A stretch of DNA of 64,000 nucleotides from a virus, in the IMG/VR virus record IMGVR_UViG_3300042332_000310, positions 3,277 to 67,276 of that record; one strand, 5' to 3'. Positions within the stretch are counted from its first letter, which is position 1; every line of letters begins with the position of its first letter. Of the stretch, positions 25,285 to 34,823 are shown piece by piece. The notes under the pieces are model-generated. The model had not been told where the DNA came from and did not search any database. It saw only the letters and a list, made by a program, of their open reading frames with translations. The translations under genes were made by a program, and so were the position numbers.

Positions 25285-27771
25285 TTATGCGTTTAATAAT
25301 TGGTTAATTTTGGTTTCTAATAGCTCTATTCTTGCATTAGCATCTGTTAGTTTTTGATTTAATTCTTTAACACCTTCTATAAGGACACCAGATAAGTCAT
25401 TGTAACTTACAGTAAGTGTATCAGTTTCTTCATGATAAAGTACAGCTTCAGGACAAACTTCTTGAACTTCTTGTGCAATAACACCAATATGCTTTTTATT
25501 TTCTGTATCTATAATCCAGTTGTAGTATACACCTCTTAATTGTAATATCTTATCAAGAGCATTGTCAACAGTTACAACATTTTCTTTTAGTCTAGCATCT
25601 GATATAGGGTTAAATGAAACAGCGTAAGATATTGCATCACACCATGAATCATTTGTAATTCTATGTTTACCATTAGAACACACTCTTACCCAGTCATATG
25701 TTTCAGAGCCAGTTATTGCTGTACAGTTATTACCACCAAAATAATATATCTCCCACTTACCTCTATCTTGCATATAAATACCTCCGTTTCCTGCTTCCCA
25801 CATGAAAAATGAACGATATCCTGAAGCATCACGTGCACCATAACCAGAATAACCATTTATTCCAGTTCCATAAGTATGTACATTACCATATGAACCATAT
25901 GTATCAGAAGATGTTAAACCTCTTCCACCGCTGCCAAAATAAGCATGATTTGTATTTAATGTTCCTATTGCAATATCTCCATTACCATCTCTTAACACAA
26001 TATTATTACCTGCGTTTCCTGATGTAGCATTTATAGTTGCGGAGTTTGCTTGACCTGATATAGAAGCCGCTTGTCCTGATATATTAAAATATCCAGTACC
26101 AGATGTAAATCTAGCTGTCCACCCCACACCCTCTCTATGAAACCCAAACTCTCCTTCATTCATCATTAATGTCATACCATTAGCACCACCAAAGTGAATA
26201 CCATGCCATCCGTTTCTTGTTCCTTCTATTCTCCATGACCCATAAGATGCATTATTAATATAAAGATGAGCGTTATTTGTAGGAGAATATAAACCATATG
26301 TACCATTAAGTTGTATCCAGTTTTCTGGGATTAAGTAGCCACTTGCATTTCTTGTAGGAATTGTATTTGCACTACCAGCAACAGAAACAGAATAACCACC
26401 TACGGTAGCAGAATTACCATTATATTGTGAACCATTAGCACTAATAGAATACGTAGTTCCATTTAAATATATAATACCATTTTGATAATAGTTTAAATAT
26501 ATGCCTTTACCAACTCCACTATCCATGTGCAAATTACCATCTGTGGCTTGAACAACTGCAATATTAGCAACGCCTGAACCTCCTCCATTCCCACCTAATT
26601 GTACTCTAGCTCCCCATGTAGGGTTTGCCTGTGTTAAAAAACTTACACCTGATGCTGCTGCAGCAGTGCCAACAGACAATGCTGATGTTCTATATGTTCT
26701 TAGATAATCATCACTACCATTAGTACCCCAAACCCTATCTGCATTAGTGTTATTATTTTCATTACCACTTGTTGAATTAATATATCCAGCTTGTATATAA
26801 CCATTTACGTCTGTTCTTACTATTTGATTAGCTGCGTTATTTCTTCCAGTATGAACAGCTAATCCTCCTGCTGTTGTTGCGTTAGATACTGATTGAGAAC
26901 CTATATTACCAGAGTCAATTACTGTTCTCCATGCTTGCCAAGAATTAGCGTTTTTACCTCTTATTGCAATTTGTCCAGTTCTATAATCACCAAATATTTG
27001 ATGTTGCCAAGATGAGCTATATGCTTGTGAATACAATGCCCCATCACTTTGACCCAATAATGACACAGAAGTATAACTTATACCATTACTTGCAATAGTG
27101 TCAGGTACTGTTGCTAAATTAGAATTTGTATTAACAAACCCCACCCCATCAATATTATCTGCACTAGTTGCTGTTGCAGCATTACCAGATATACTTCCAG
27201 CAGAAGTTATATATCCAGCAGGATTAGTAGCGTTATAAGGCGTAAATCCTAAAGCATTTGTTACTAATGTACTTGTAATACCAGTTAGGTATGTAGAGTT
27301 ATCATAAGTTATTGTAGTACCACTAGCTTTAACAAAACCTGTTCCATTTAATGTAGTTCCTGCACTTACTGTATAACTTCTATCAGCAGATAAATCAAAA
27401 GTAGTGCCATTTATTGTTATTGTTCTAGCGTTTGTTACAGGAGTAAATCCTAGTGCTGTTGTTACATCACTTGAAGTAAGTGTAACATCTCCAGTTCTTG
27501 TATTAAACGAAGAAAGACCTGCAGCTATAGTAAATGTTCTATTAGCGCTTAAATCTAATGTTGTACCATTGATTGTTATTGTTCTAGATGTAGGTACATA
27601 TGAGCTCAATGAAGATGACAATGCATAAGAACTTAAAGCTGTAGTCACATATGATTGTGATGCTACTAACTGATTTGTATGCATAGTAATTCCAGCAGGA
27701 ACTGTTATATGGTTTTCTGCATCGTATGCTACTATGTGAGCTAAGTGACCTAAATCTTTTGTTTTTCCCAT
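25285..27771 (-). CDS. tail fibre with C-terminal intramolecular chaperone (peptidase S74)
   Basis: G/T/N-rich repeats; SDARLKENV...LDKILQLRGVYYNW...GVIAQEV; terminal coiled coil. Confidence 0.9.
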   Translation of the reverse strand: MGKTKDLGHLAHIVAYDAENHITVPAGITMHTNQLVASQSYVTTALSSYALSSSLSSYVPTSRTITINGTTLDLSANRTFTIAAGLSSFNTRTGDVTLTSSDVTTALGFTPVTNARTITINGTTFDLSADRSYTVSAGTTLNGTGFVKASGTTITYDNSTYLTGITSTLVTNALGFTPYNATNPAGYITSAGSISGNAATATSADNIDGVGFVNTNSNLATVPDTIASNGISYTSVSLLGQSDGALYSQAYSSSWQHQIFGDYRTGQIAIRGKNANSWQAWRTVIDSGNIGSQSVSNATTAGGLAVHTGRNNAANQIVRTDVNGYIQAGYINSTSGNENNNTNADRVWGTNGSDDYLRTYRTSALSVGTAAAASGVSFLTQANPTWGARVQLGGNGGGSGVANIAVVQATDGNLHMDSGVGKGIYLNYYQNGIIYLNGTTYSISANGSQYNGNSATVGGYSVSVAGSANTIPTRNASGYLIPENWIQLNGTYGLYSPTNNAHLYINNASYGSWRIEGTRNGWHGIHFGGANGMTLMMNEGEFGFHREGVGWTARFTSGTGYFNISGQAASISGQANSATINATSGNAGNNIVLRDGNGDIAIGTLNTNHAYFGSGGRGLTSSDTYGSYGNVHTYGTGINGYSGYGARDASGYRSFFMWEAGNGGIYMQDRGKWEIYYFGGNNCTAITGSETYDWVRVCSNGKHRITNDSWCDAISYAVSFNPISDARLKENVVTVDNALDKILQLRGVYYNWIIDTENKKHIGVIAQEVQEVCPEAVLYHEETDTLTVSYNDLSGVLIEGVKELNQKLTDANARIELLETKINQLLNA

Positions 27772-27781
27772 TATATAATTA

Positions 27782-29572
27782 TTATAAAGTATGATATGTT
27801 ATACTAAATCCATAAATAACACCTGAGCTTGCCACTGGTGGATTATGACTGTATCCGCCGCCAGTTGAATCTCCTTGAATGACATAAATAAAATCTGCTC
27901 CAGGGTCTATAACTAATATCCAATGGTTATAACCTGAATTAAAAGAAATACCAGAACCTACTGCTCCCATACTTCCAGCACTTCTTACACCAGTACATGC
28001 AAATGGTAATCCAGTTATTCTAACCATTCCTGTTCCAGAACCTCCTGACCATTGAAGATGCCCTGATATAGTTACTTGATTTCCAACTCTAACATATCTG
28101 CCGTCATTAATACCACTCATTGTAAAAGATGTACTTCCAGCAATTAACTGTGGAGTCCAACTACCTTCTTGATAGTAGTTTAAATTACTAGCTCCTGAAG
28201 CAAAACGAATTCCAGTAGAATTAATTAGTTGTAATAAACCACCGCTTGTGATTCTCATTCGTTCTACTGGTGTTGTGCTACCAGGTTGTGTAAAGAATCT
28301 AAAGCCACCACCAGTTGTAAAAGTTCCACCTCCAGCTATTTTAAAATCAACATTATCTGTTGCTTCACCAGGGCCAAAATTATAAGTTGTACCCAGATAG
28401 TTCATATATGCATAAAACTGTGTATTAGTTCCTGCATAAGTTGTAATTTCTCCAGCTACTTGCAGCTTGCTTGTTGCATTATTAAATCCGATTCCAACGT
28501 TACCTAATCGTGTAATTTTCATTCTTTCCGTTAATGCACCAGCTGTTGATTGTGTGTGAAAACTAATGGATGTATCATTATTAGTACCACCATCTGCATC
28601 AAAAGAAATTGCTGATATAGCTGAACCATTATTTGATGTGCCTACAATACGAACACCATATCCACTTGTTTGAATACCTGTAACAGTATCTGATAATGTT
28701 AAAATATTAACATTAGTACCACTTGTTCTTGCTGATGTATTAATATGAAGTAATGTACCTGGACTAATTGTTCCGAATCCAACATTACCACCCTCTAATA
28801 TGGTTAAATTCTCTCTGTTATTATTATCTACAAATGAAAGTCGTTGAGATGTACCAAATACTTTTAAAAATATTGGTGAGACTATACCTCCTGTAGGCGC
28901 ACCTATTTGAAGTCCTCTTTGACCACCCCCAGATGCATTATTTATAAATGATGCAATTGGATATGAACTTAATACAGAACCTGCTACTGAATCTGTAGTA
29001 GCTAAGCGTGTATCAAATATAGTTATAGGCGAACTAGTTCCTATCCCAACATTACCACCACTTGTAATTAACATACTTGTAGTTCCACTTCCGTTTGTTC
29101 TAAATGCTATATCTCTACCAGTTGCTGAAGTTATATATAACCCATCTGTCGTACCTGTTCCACCAGCTATTCTATTAAAGCCATTTGACACACCACCAAA
29201 ACCAATAGTGTAATAGTTAGTTCCAAAAGTACCATCAAGATTAAATTGAATATTACTTCCCATAGCAGCTAACGTACTTGAAAAACTAGCACTTGTCCCA
29301 TTCAATGCTCCAGTCAATGTTCCACCACTTAAATTTAGTTTTGTGCCTATGCTTGTAGCAACCGTAGTAGCAAAGTTTGCATCATTTCCTAAAGCTGTTG
29401 CTAGTTCATTTAATGTATCTAAAGTAGAAGGAGCAGAAGCAACAAGATTACTTACAGCTGTAGTTACATAGTTCTGAGTAGCTACCAGCTGTCCAGTAGA
29501 TAATACCACATTACCACTACCATCTACTGAGATGTAGTTAATTAAGTCCGCTATGTTTGTATTCTTACTCAT
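27782..29572 (-). CDS. tail fibre protein
   Basis: APSTLDTLNELATALGNDANFATT, repeated GNVGIG and ERMRIT, YQEGSWTP...YVRVGNQV head. Confidence 0.88.
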   Translation of the reverse strand: MSKNTNIADLINYISVDGSGNVVLSTGQLVATQNYVTTAVSNLVASAPSTLDTLNELATALGNDANFATTVATSIGTKLNLSGGTLTGALNGTSASFSSTLAAMGSNIQFNLDGTFGTNYYTIGFGGVSNGFNRIAGGTGTTDGLYITSATGRDIAFRTNGSGTTSMLITSGGNVGIGTSSPITIFDTRLATTDSVAGSVLSSYPIASFINNASGGGQRGLQIGAPTGGIVSPIFLKVFGTSQRLSFVDNNNRENLTILEGGNVGFGTISPGTLLHINTSARTSGTNVNILTLSDTVTGIQTSGYGVRIVGTSNNGSAISAISFDADGGTNNDTSISFHTQSTAGALTERMKITRLGNVGIGFNNATSKLQVAGEITTYAGTNTQFYAYMNYLGTTYNFGPGEATDNVDFKIAGGGTFTTGGGFRFFTQPGSTTPVERMRITSGGLLQLINSTGIRFASGASNLNYYQEGSWTPQLIAGSTSFTMSGINDGRYVRVGNQVTISGHLQWSGGSGTGMVRITGLPFACTGVRSAGSMGAVGSGISFNSGYNHWILVIDPGADFIYVIQGDSTGGGYSHNPPVASSGVIYGFSITYHTL

Positions 29573-29613
29573 AATTTATTTATTCTCTAATTCGTTTACT
29601 TTTTGTGTTAGTT

Positions 29614-32600
29614 TTATCCAGCTGCTTGAGAACCTTGAATTCTTACTTGAACATGATAAGCTGCTGCACCACCAGTTATATAAACCTGAATTTCTCCTCC
29701 ATTGTTTCTAAATTGTGCTGCTGCATTTTGGTCGTTATTAAATAATGTGTAAACAACTCCAAGAGTATTAGTAGCAGAAACATACGCCCATCGCATATAA
29801 GCTGCTCCACTTCTATTGTAATCACCAGAACTTGTCCAAGTAAATTCAGTTATAGCAGCCCAGTTATTATTAGGTGCATAAAAAACTGTTGTCCAAGTAT
29901 TTACTGGAACTGAAAAAGTAGAAAAGAAATGACCCCCTGAAGTTGTAGAATTTGCAGTTCTACCTACTTCAAGTTTACCTTGTGGTGCAGTATTTTGAAT
30001 CCCTACTCTACCAGCACTTGTGATTCTCATTTGTTCATTTCCACCAGGTATAAATAAAACAGGAGTTGAACTAGTTGTTTGAATATATAATCCTGAAAAT
30101 TCAGCATATATATAAGTATGTATACTTGAAGTACTTCCAAGTATTATGCTTCCCCCTCCACTACCTCTAATATCTAATCCTGTATAACCACCACCAGCAG
30201 TTGCTGGAGTATAAGTTCCAATTCCTACATTTCCGCCTCTAGGTTGTAAAGTTAAATTTCTGCTAGTCCAACTTGTAGCGTCTTGCATTACTTGTATATA
30301 CCCATAATTACCAGCATTACATGCGCCTATTGCTATTTTACTTTGACCAGATGCAGATAATACAGAAAAAGCCATATTTGCTTCTTCAATATTAGTACCA
30401 TTTGTATTTGTATCTTTTAATATTTGTAATGGTGTTTGTGGTGCAGTTGTTAAAATTCCAATGTTACCACTATTGGTAAATGTAAATAAGTCAACACTAT
30501 CTGCTGCATTTGTAATTCTTAAACTATTAGAATTTGTACCAATTTTTATATAACTATTTGGCGCACCACTTGAATATCTACCTATTTCTAATTTACCATT
30601 ATTATCATCTTTAGTAGAAATACCACCAAATACAGAAAGCGTACCATAAGTGCCACTTGGCGCACCTGCTATACCTACACTACTTACAAATGTAGCAGCA
30701 CCAGTTGCACCGCTAATTATTAAATCACCTCCTCTAGCTGAGTTATTAGCTATTATATAAAGGTTACTATCTTGACCTGCACCAAAATACGAACTAACTG
30801 AACCTCCTGCATTTACTTGTTGTCTTACTCTTAAATAAGAACGATTTCCACTTGTAAAATCACTATTATAAATTTGTGCAATAGTATTAAAAGTTCCAGC
30901 TGAATTAGTTAATAAGTCTAAAGGAAATGAAGGTGAAACTCCAATACCAACACTACCACTAAGCGTAGCACTTGTACCACTTAAAGCACCAGTAAGCGTA
31001 CCACCAGATAAAGGCAGGTAAGTACTTGATGCGGAACTTGTTGTTAAGTATGTGCTGTTATCGTAAGTAACAGTTGTTCCTGATACTTTTACAAATCCAG
31101 TACCATTTAATTGAGCCTGACCTGAGAATGCGCCTACTTGATAACTATATGCATGCACCTCCAATGTATCGTTTAAGTTACATGGGAAGTTTAATACAAT
31201 AGTAGTTCCATTGCCTGCCGCATACTCTGTAGATAAAAGCTTAGAGCCATTATAAAACACATCTACTAAACCTGAGTTATAAGTTACATTAAATGTAGTC
31301 TGTCCTGCAGTTGCAGTAAACTCAGTAACAACTCTTAAAGCATTATTAGCTAAGAAAGCTGTTTGGTATCTATATACCTCTATAACGTCATTTACAGACG
31401 CACCATTGGTCAATACTATCGTAGTGCCATTAGTTGCTGTAAAGTCTGTTGAGTTGTCTAATTTAACCCCATTTCGGTATACATCTGTAAGCCCTGGCGT
31501 ATACCCACCAGATATTGTGAATGTAGTCTGATTTGCAGTTGCTACATATCTTAAAATACTTCTTGCAGACGCATCTGTTGTAATAGTCCATGCCCTGTTT
31601 GCAGATAAGTCGTAAGTGGTTCCATTAATTGTAAGTGTTCTAGAACTTGGAACATACGCAGTTAAATCACTTGTTAATGCTATAGTACCTGTGGCATTAG
31701 GAAAAGTAAATGAATTATTACTTGTTGCAAAGTATAAATTATTCGTATAATTTGTAGATACAGGTCTTGTTACTATTGATATACCTTGACTATTACCACC
31801 AATGCCTGAATATAAATTACTTGTAATATTTGGCATTACACCATTCAAAAATCCAATACCAGCATTTACAGTAATAGCGGCATCAAATGATTTTGCTCCT
31901 GTTATTACCTGCGCTCCTGCCAATTTAACTACCAAAGAATCATCTGATGGCGTAAATCCTAATATTGTAGATATGCTCTTAGGCTTATATAAGCTAGTAG
32001 AAGATTCATAAACAATAACTTGATTGTTTTGAACAGAGCCTTCTTGGTAATTATGAAGCTCATTCATCTCAAATCCATTCTGCACCTTCACGAAGATTTC
32101 TCCGTTATTAGAGTTAACTCTAGTTACGATACCTATGAATACTAGGTGAGCAGGAGCATAAGGCTTATTTGCTAATCCGTAAATTAAAGCACCATCTACT
32201 CCTAGCCATACTGGGTCTCCAGCTGTAGCTCCATTTGTATTTAATCCAGAAAGTAAACCTTCTGTAACTACATTTCCTTTACCATTAGTAGATAAACTAA
32301 CCTCAAGCAATCCCATTGTCTTAGAAGAAGTTCCTTCTGAAACATTAGATGCTTTTGATACAATCATATTAGTACCATCCGCAGATGATACATAAACAGC
32401 TTGTCCTTTGCTTATTGCCTGACTAGCTTTTACTTCATGTTTTAAAGTAGAAGTAAATCCAGCAGGTAAAGAACCTATTCCTAAGTCAGCATATAATTCA
32501 GCAGCAGTTCTATATGACACTACATTACTTGAGTCTAATACGAGAAACTTGTCTGTATTAGAACCTGCATCAGCCACCGTATTAAGGGCAGCTGAACCAG

Positions 32601-32634
32601 TTACATTTATTCCACTTAAGAATCTTTTAGACAT
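29614..32634 (-). CDS. tail fibre protein
   Basis: 1006 aa; two QTTF...DV..NG.KL modules; GNVGIG repeats. Confidence 0.88.
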   Translation of the reverse strand: MSKRFLSGINVTGSAALNTVADAGSNTDKFLVLDSSNVVSYRTAAELYADLGIGSLPAGFTSTLKHEVKASQAISKGQAVYVSSADGTNMIVSKASNVSEGTSSKTMGLLEVSLSTNGKGNVVTEGLLSGLNTNGATAGDPVWLGVDGALIYGLANKPYAPAHLVFIGIVTRVNSNNGEIFVKVQNGFEMNELHNYQEGSVQNNQVIVYESSTSLYKPKSISTILGFTPSDDSLVVKLAGAQVITGAKSFDAAITVNAGIGFLNGVMPNITSNLYSGIGGNSQGISIVTRPVSTNYTNNLYFATSNNSFTFPNATGTIALTSDLTAYVPSSRTLTINGTTYDLSANRAWTITTDASARSILRYVATANQTTFTISGGYTPGLTDVYRNGVKLDNSTDFTATNGTTIVLTNGASVNDVIEVYRYQTAFLANNALRVVTEFTATAGQTTFNVTYNSGLVDVFYNGSKLLSTEYAAGNGTTIVLNFPCNLNDTLEVHAYSYQVGAFSGQAQLNGTGFVKVSGTTVTYDNSTYLTTSSASSTYLPLSGGTLTGALSGTSATLSGSVGIGVSPSFPLDLLTNSAGTFNTIAQIYNSDFTSGNRSYLRVRQQVNAGGSVSSYFGAGQDSNLYIIANNSARGGDLIISGATGAATFVSSVGIAGAPSGTYGTLSVFGGISTKDDNNGKLEIGRYSSGAPNSYIKIGTNSNSLRITNAADSVDLFTFTNSGNIGILTTAPQTPLQILKDTNTNGTNIEEANMAFSVLSASGQSKIAIGACNAGNYGYIQVMQDATSWTSRNLTLQPRGGNVGIGTYTPATAGGGYTGLDIRGSGGGSIILGSTSSIHTYIYAEFSGLYIQTTSSTPVLFIPGGNEQMRITSAGRVGIQNTAPQGKLEVGRTANSTTSGGHFFSTFSVPVNTWTTVFYAPNNNWAAITEFTWTSSGDYNRSGAAYMRWAYVSATNTLGVVYTLFNNDQNAAAQFRNNGGEIQVYITGGAAAYHVQVRIQGSQAAG

Positions 32635-32637
32635 CTA

Positions 32638-33612
32638 TTATTTTTTAATTACTACACGATATGCGTTTGATGAAGGAGCTATTGCAAAAGAAACTGTAAC
32701 TACTGTTGTACTAGTAGCCACTACATCTGCCATAACTTCTTCATATGTTGCATTATCGTAAATCGCTACAATTACATCTCTTGTACCCAAGTTATGAGTC
32801 AAAGCAAAAGTTGTTGCAGAAGCGTTACCAACATTAGCAGCATAACCACCAACAGCTGCATCCAAGTAAGTTTTTAACTTAAGAGGAGTTACTATTCTTT
32901 GGTCATCTGTTCCTGTGTTTACTTCAGTTTGAGTAGCAATTTCTGCTAAACCTAAAGTAGTTTCTGTAGCTTGGTCTCTATTTACTTCTAATTGAATCCA
33001 ATCAGCAGCACTTGAAGTAGATGCGCTATTAATTTTTGCAATGATAACATCACCTACATTAAACGCTACACCACCTGTAGTACCTGCTACAGATACATAC
33101 CAGTAGTCACCAGCTTTAGTTCCTGCTGTTGGAGCAGAACCAACTGGGAAAGAACCACTAGAAGCATCCCATGCGCCTTCTAAGTTTCCTAGACCTGCTA
33201 CATTTGCGTCTACATAAGCCTTTACAGCTGCTGCTGTAGGAACTGCTGTAGAACCATTATTTGTAGTTAAGTCTGTAGATACGTTAGCAAGTTTTGCAGT
33301 AGTGATACCAGCATCTTTTACTCTAATTGTATCTGTCGCAATCTCTACTGTAGAATTATCTACATTCACATCTAAGGTAATAATACCATTAGAAGTACCT
33401 GCAGTTAATCCAGCACCACCGATTACGTCACGAATGTCTCCTGACATGTCAATCCATGCTGTGCCATCCCAGAAGTAAATTCTGTTATCTCCAGTATTGT
33501 AATAAACCTGACCAGCTACAGGTGAGCTAGGTGCAGATGATAAATTCTGAATCGCTGCGTTCAGAATCTGGTTTTTCGCTAGGTCTAAATTGACCAAAAA
33601 CTTTTTTGCCAT
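32638..33612 (-). CDS. tail fibre or tail structural protein
   Basis: QATETTLGLAEIATQTE, VTPLKL, THNLGT motifs. Confidence 0.75.
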   Translation of the reverse strand: MAKKFLVNLDLAKNQILNAAIQNLSSAPSSPVAGQVYYNTGDNRIYFWDGTAWIDMSGDIRDVIGGAGLTAGTSNGIITLDVNVDNSTVEIATDTIRVKDAGITTAKLANVSTDLTTNNGSTAVPTAAAVKAYVDANVAGLGNLEGAWDASSGSFPVGSAPTAGTKAGDYWYVSVAGTTGGVAFNVGDVIIAKINSASTSSAADWIQLEVNRDQATETTLGLAEIATQTEVNTGTDDQRIVTPLKLKTYLDAAVGGYAANVGNASATTFALTHNLGTRDVIVAIYDNATYEEVMADVVATSTTVVTVSFAIAPSSNAYRVVIKK

Positions 33613-33617
33613 TTTTT

Positions 33618-34232
33618 TTAATTTAAGTATGCTTTTCCACTAAACGCAGCAGTAAAGCTAATTGTGATTTGATTTAAAGAATTATATTTTACATCTCCAG
33701 TAACTTCGTCATTTGCTGTATCAACGACATTTACTGAAGGGTATTTATTCATATTATGATTTACAGTCCATGTAGTAGAAGCAGTCTGTTGGTCGTGAAC
33801 ATAGTTTTCTCTTACTTGCGTTTTTATATACGCAAAGTTTAAGTCTATCTCAACAGTAGTTCCTTCAAAATTATTTGAGCCAGTTAATCCAAGTCCAAGG
33901 TCTAATATTGTAGATTTTAAAACATAAGGTGTAGCCTGACTTAAACTATTATTAAATACAATGTCGCTGTAAATAGGAGTCAACTTACCATAGTCATAAA
34001 GATTAACCTTTACAGATAAGCGTTCAACAACTTGGTCTAATTTCAATGTTCCAACATAGAAGTTATCAGCATATTCTACAGCCTTCTTATATATATAAAT
34101 GATATCTCTCTCATAATCAAGCGTTTCGCTCTCTTCGGAGAACATATCGTTGTATGCTACAGCTCCTAGCCTATAAAGCGTCTTATCCGCTTTTAAGAGA
34201 ATATCTGATATTTCGGTTATATTATAACCCAT
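33618..34232 (-). CDS. tail structural protein
   Basis: C-terminal WTVNHNMNKYPSV...FSGKAYLN module. Confidence 0.7.
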   Translation of the reverse strand: MGYNITEISDILLKADKTLYRLGAVAYNDMFSEESETLDYERDIIYIYKKAVEYADNFYVGTLKLDQVVERLSVKVNLYDYGKLTPIYSDIVFNNSLSQATPYVLKSTILDLGLGLTGSNNFEGTTVEIDLNFAYIKTQVRENYVHDQQTASTTWTVNHNMNKYPSVNVVDTANDEVTGDVKYNSLNQITISFTAAFSGKAYLN

Positions 34233-34789
34233 TAGTACCCTATTTTAAGTGCGTCAGAAACAAATTTACCTCTATCTAAACATGACTGAGATGCACCAAT
34301 GTCTCCATCAATACCAGCCTTCTTAGCAGACTCCTGCTCAATAAATAATCTCATAACATCTTTTACAAATCTGTATTCTTTTTCTAAGCTTGGGTTTAAA
34401 GCCATCTTATTAGAGTTAGAGTAAAACGCACTCATGATATAACACACTAGAACAGCCAATTCTGTCTTAGTATAAATACTGCCAGATTGAGGGCTAGATG
34501 ATGTTAATGTAAGTATAATTGTAAAAGCGTAGTCTTTTTCTATAAAAGCCGTATTAGTGACACTATCTGTACCACTTAATAAAATTGTATTACCAGCGTT
34601 AAAAGGCCATACATATTCGTTATATGTAATATTCCCAACCTTTAAATAAGTTCCGTCTGATTTTCTAATAGTCAACTTTCTAGCTGTAAAAGTACCAGTA
34701 GCCTCTACGTTGTATGTAGACGTATCAACTATAGTTAGCTGACTACAGTCTGCACCTTGTGAAACCGTAATTGAGGTAATAAAAGGCAT
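34232..34789 (-). CDS. putative tail hub or fibre-docking protein
   Basis: Position in tail cluster; start moved to ATG 34789, below the promoter box at 34805-34812. Confidence 0.6.
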   Translation of the reverse strand: MPFITSITVSQGADCSQLTIVDTSTYNVEATGTFTARKLTIRKSDGTYLKVGNITYNEYVWPFNAGNTILLSGTDSVTNTAFIEKDYAFTIILTLTSSSPQSGSIYTKTELAVLVCYIMSAFYSNSNKMALNPSLEKEYRFVKDVMRLFIEQESAKKAGIDGDIGASQSCLDRGKFVSDALKIGY

Positions 34790-34823
34790 ATTGAAATGTT
34801 TATGCAAATATACCTAAAAACTA

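Noticed and set aside
25285-32634. Diversity-generating retroelement or invertible fibre cassette
   Set aside because: No reverse transcriptase or recombinase seen, all fibres on one strand, no adenine-specific repeat pair noticed
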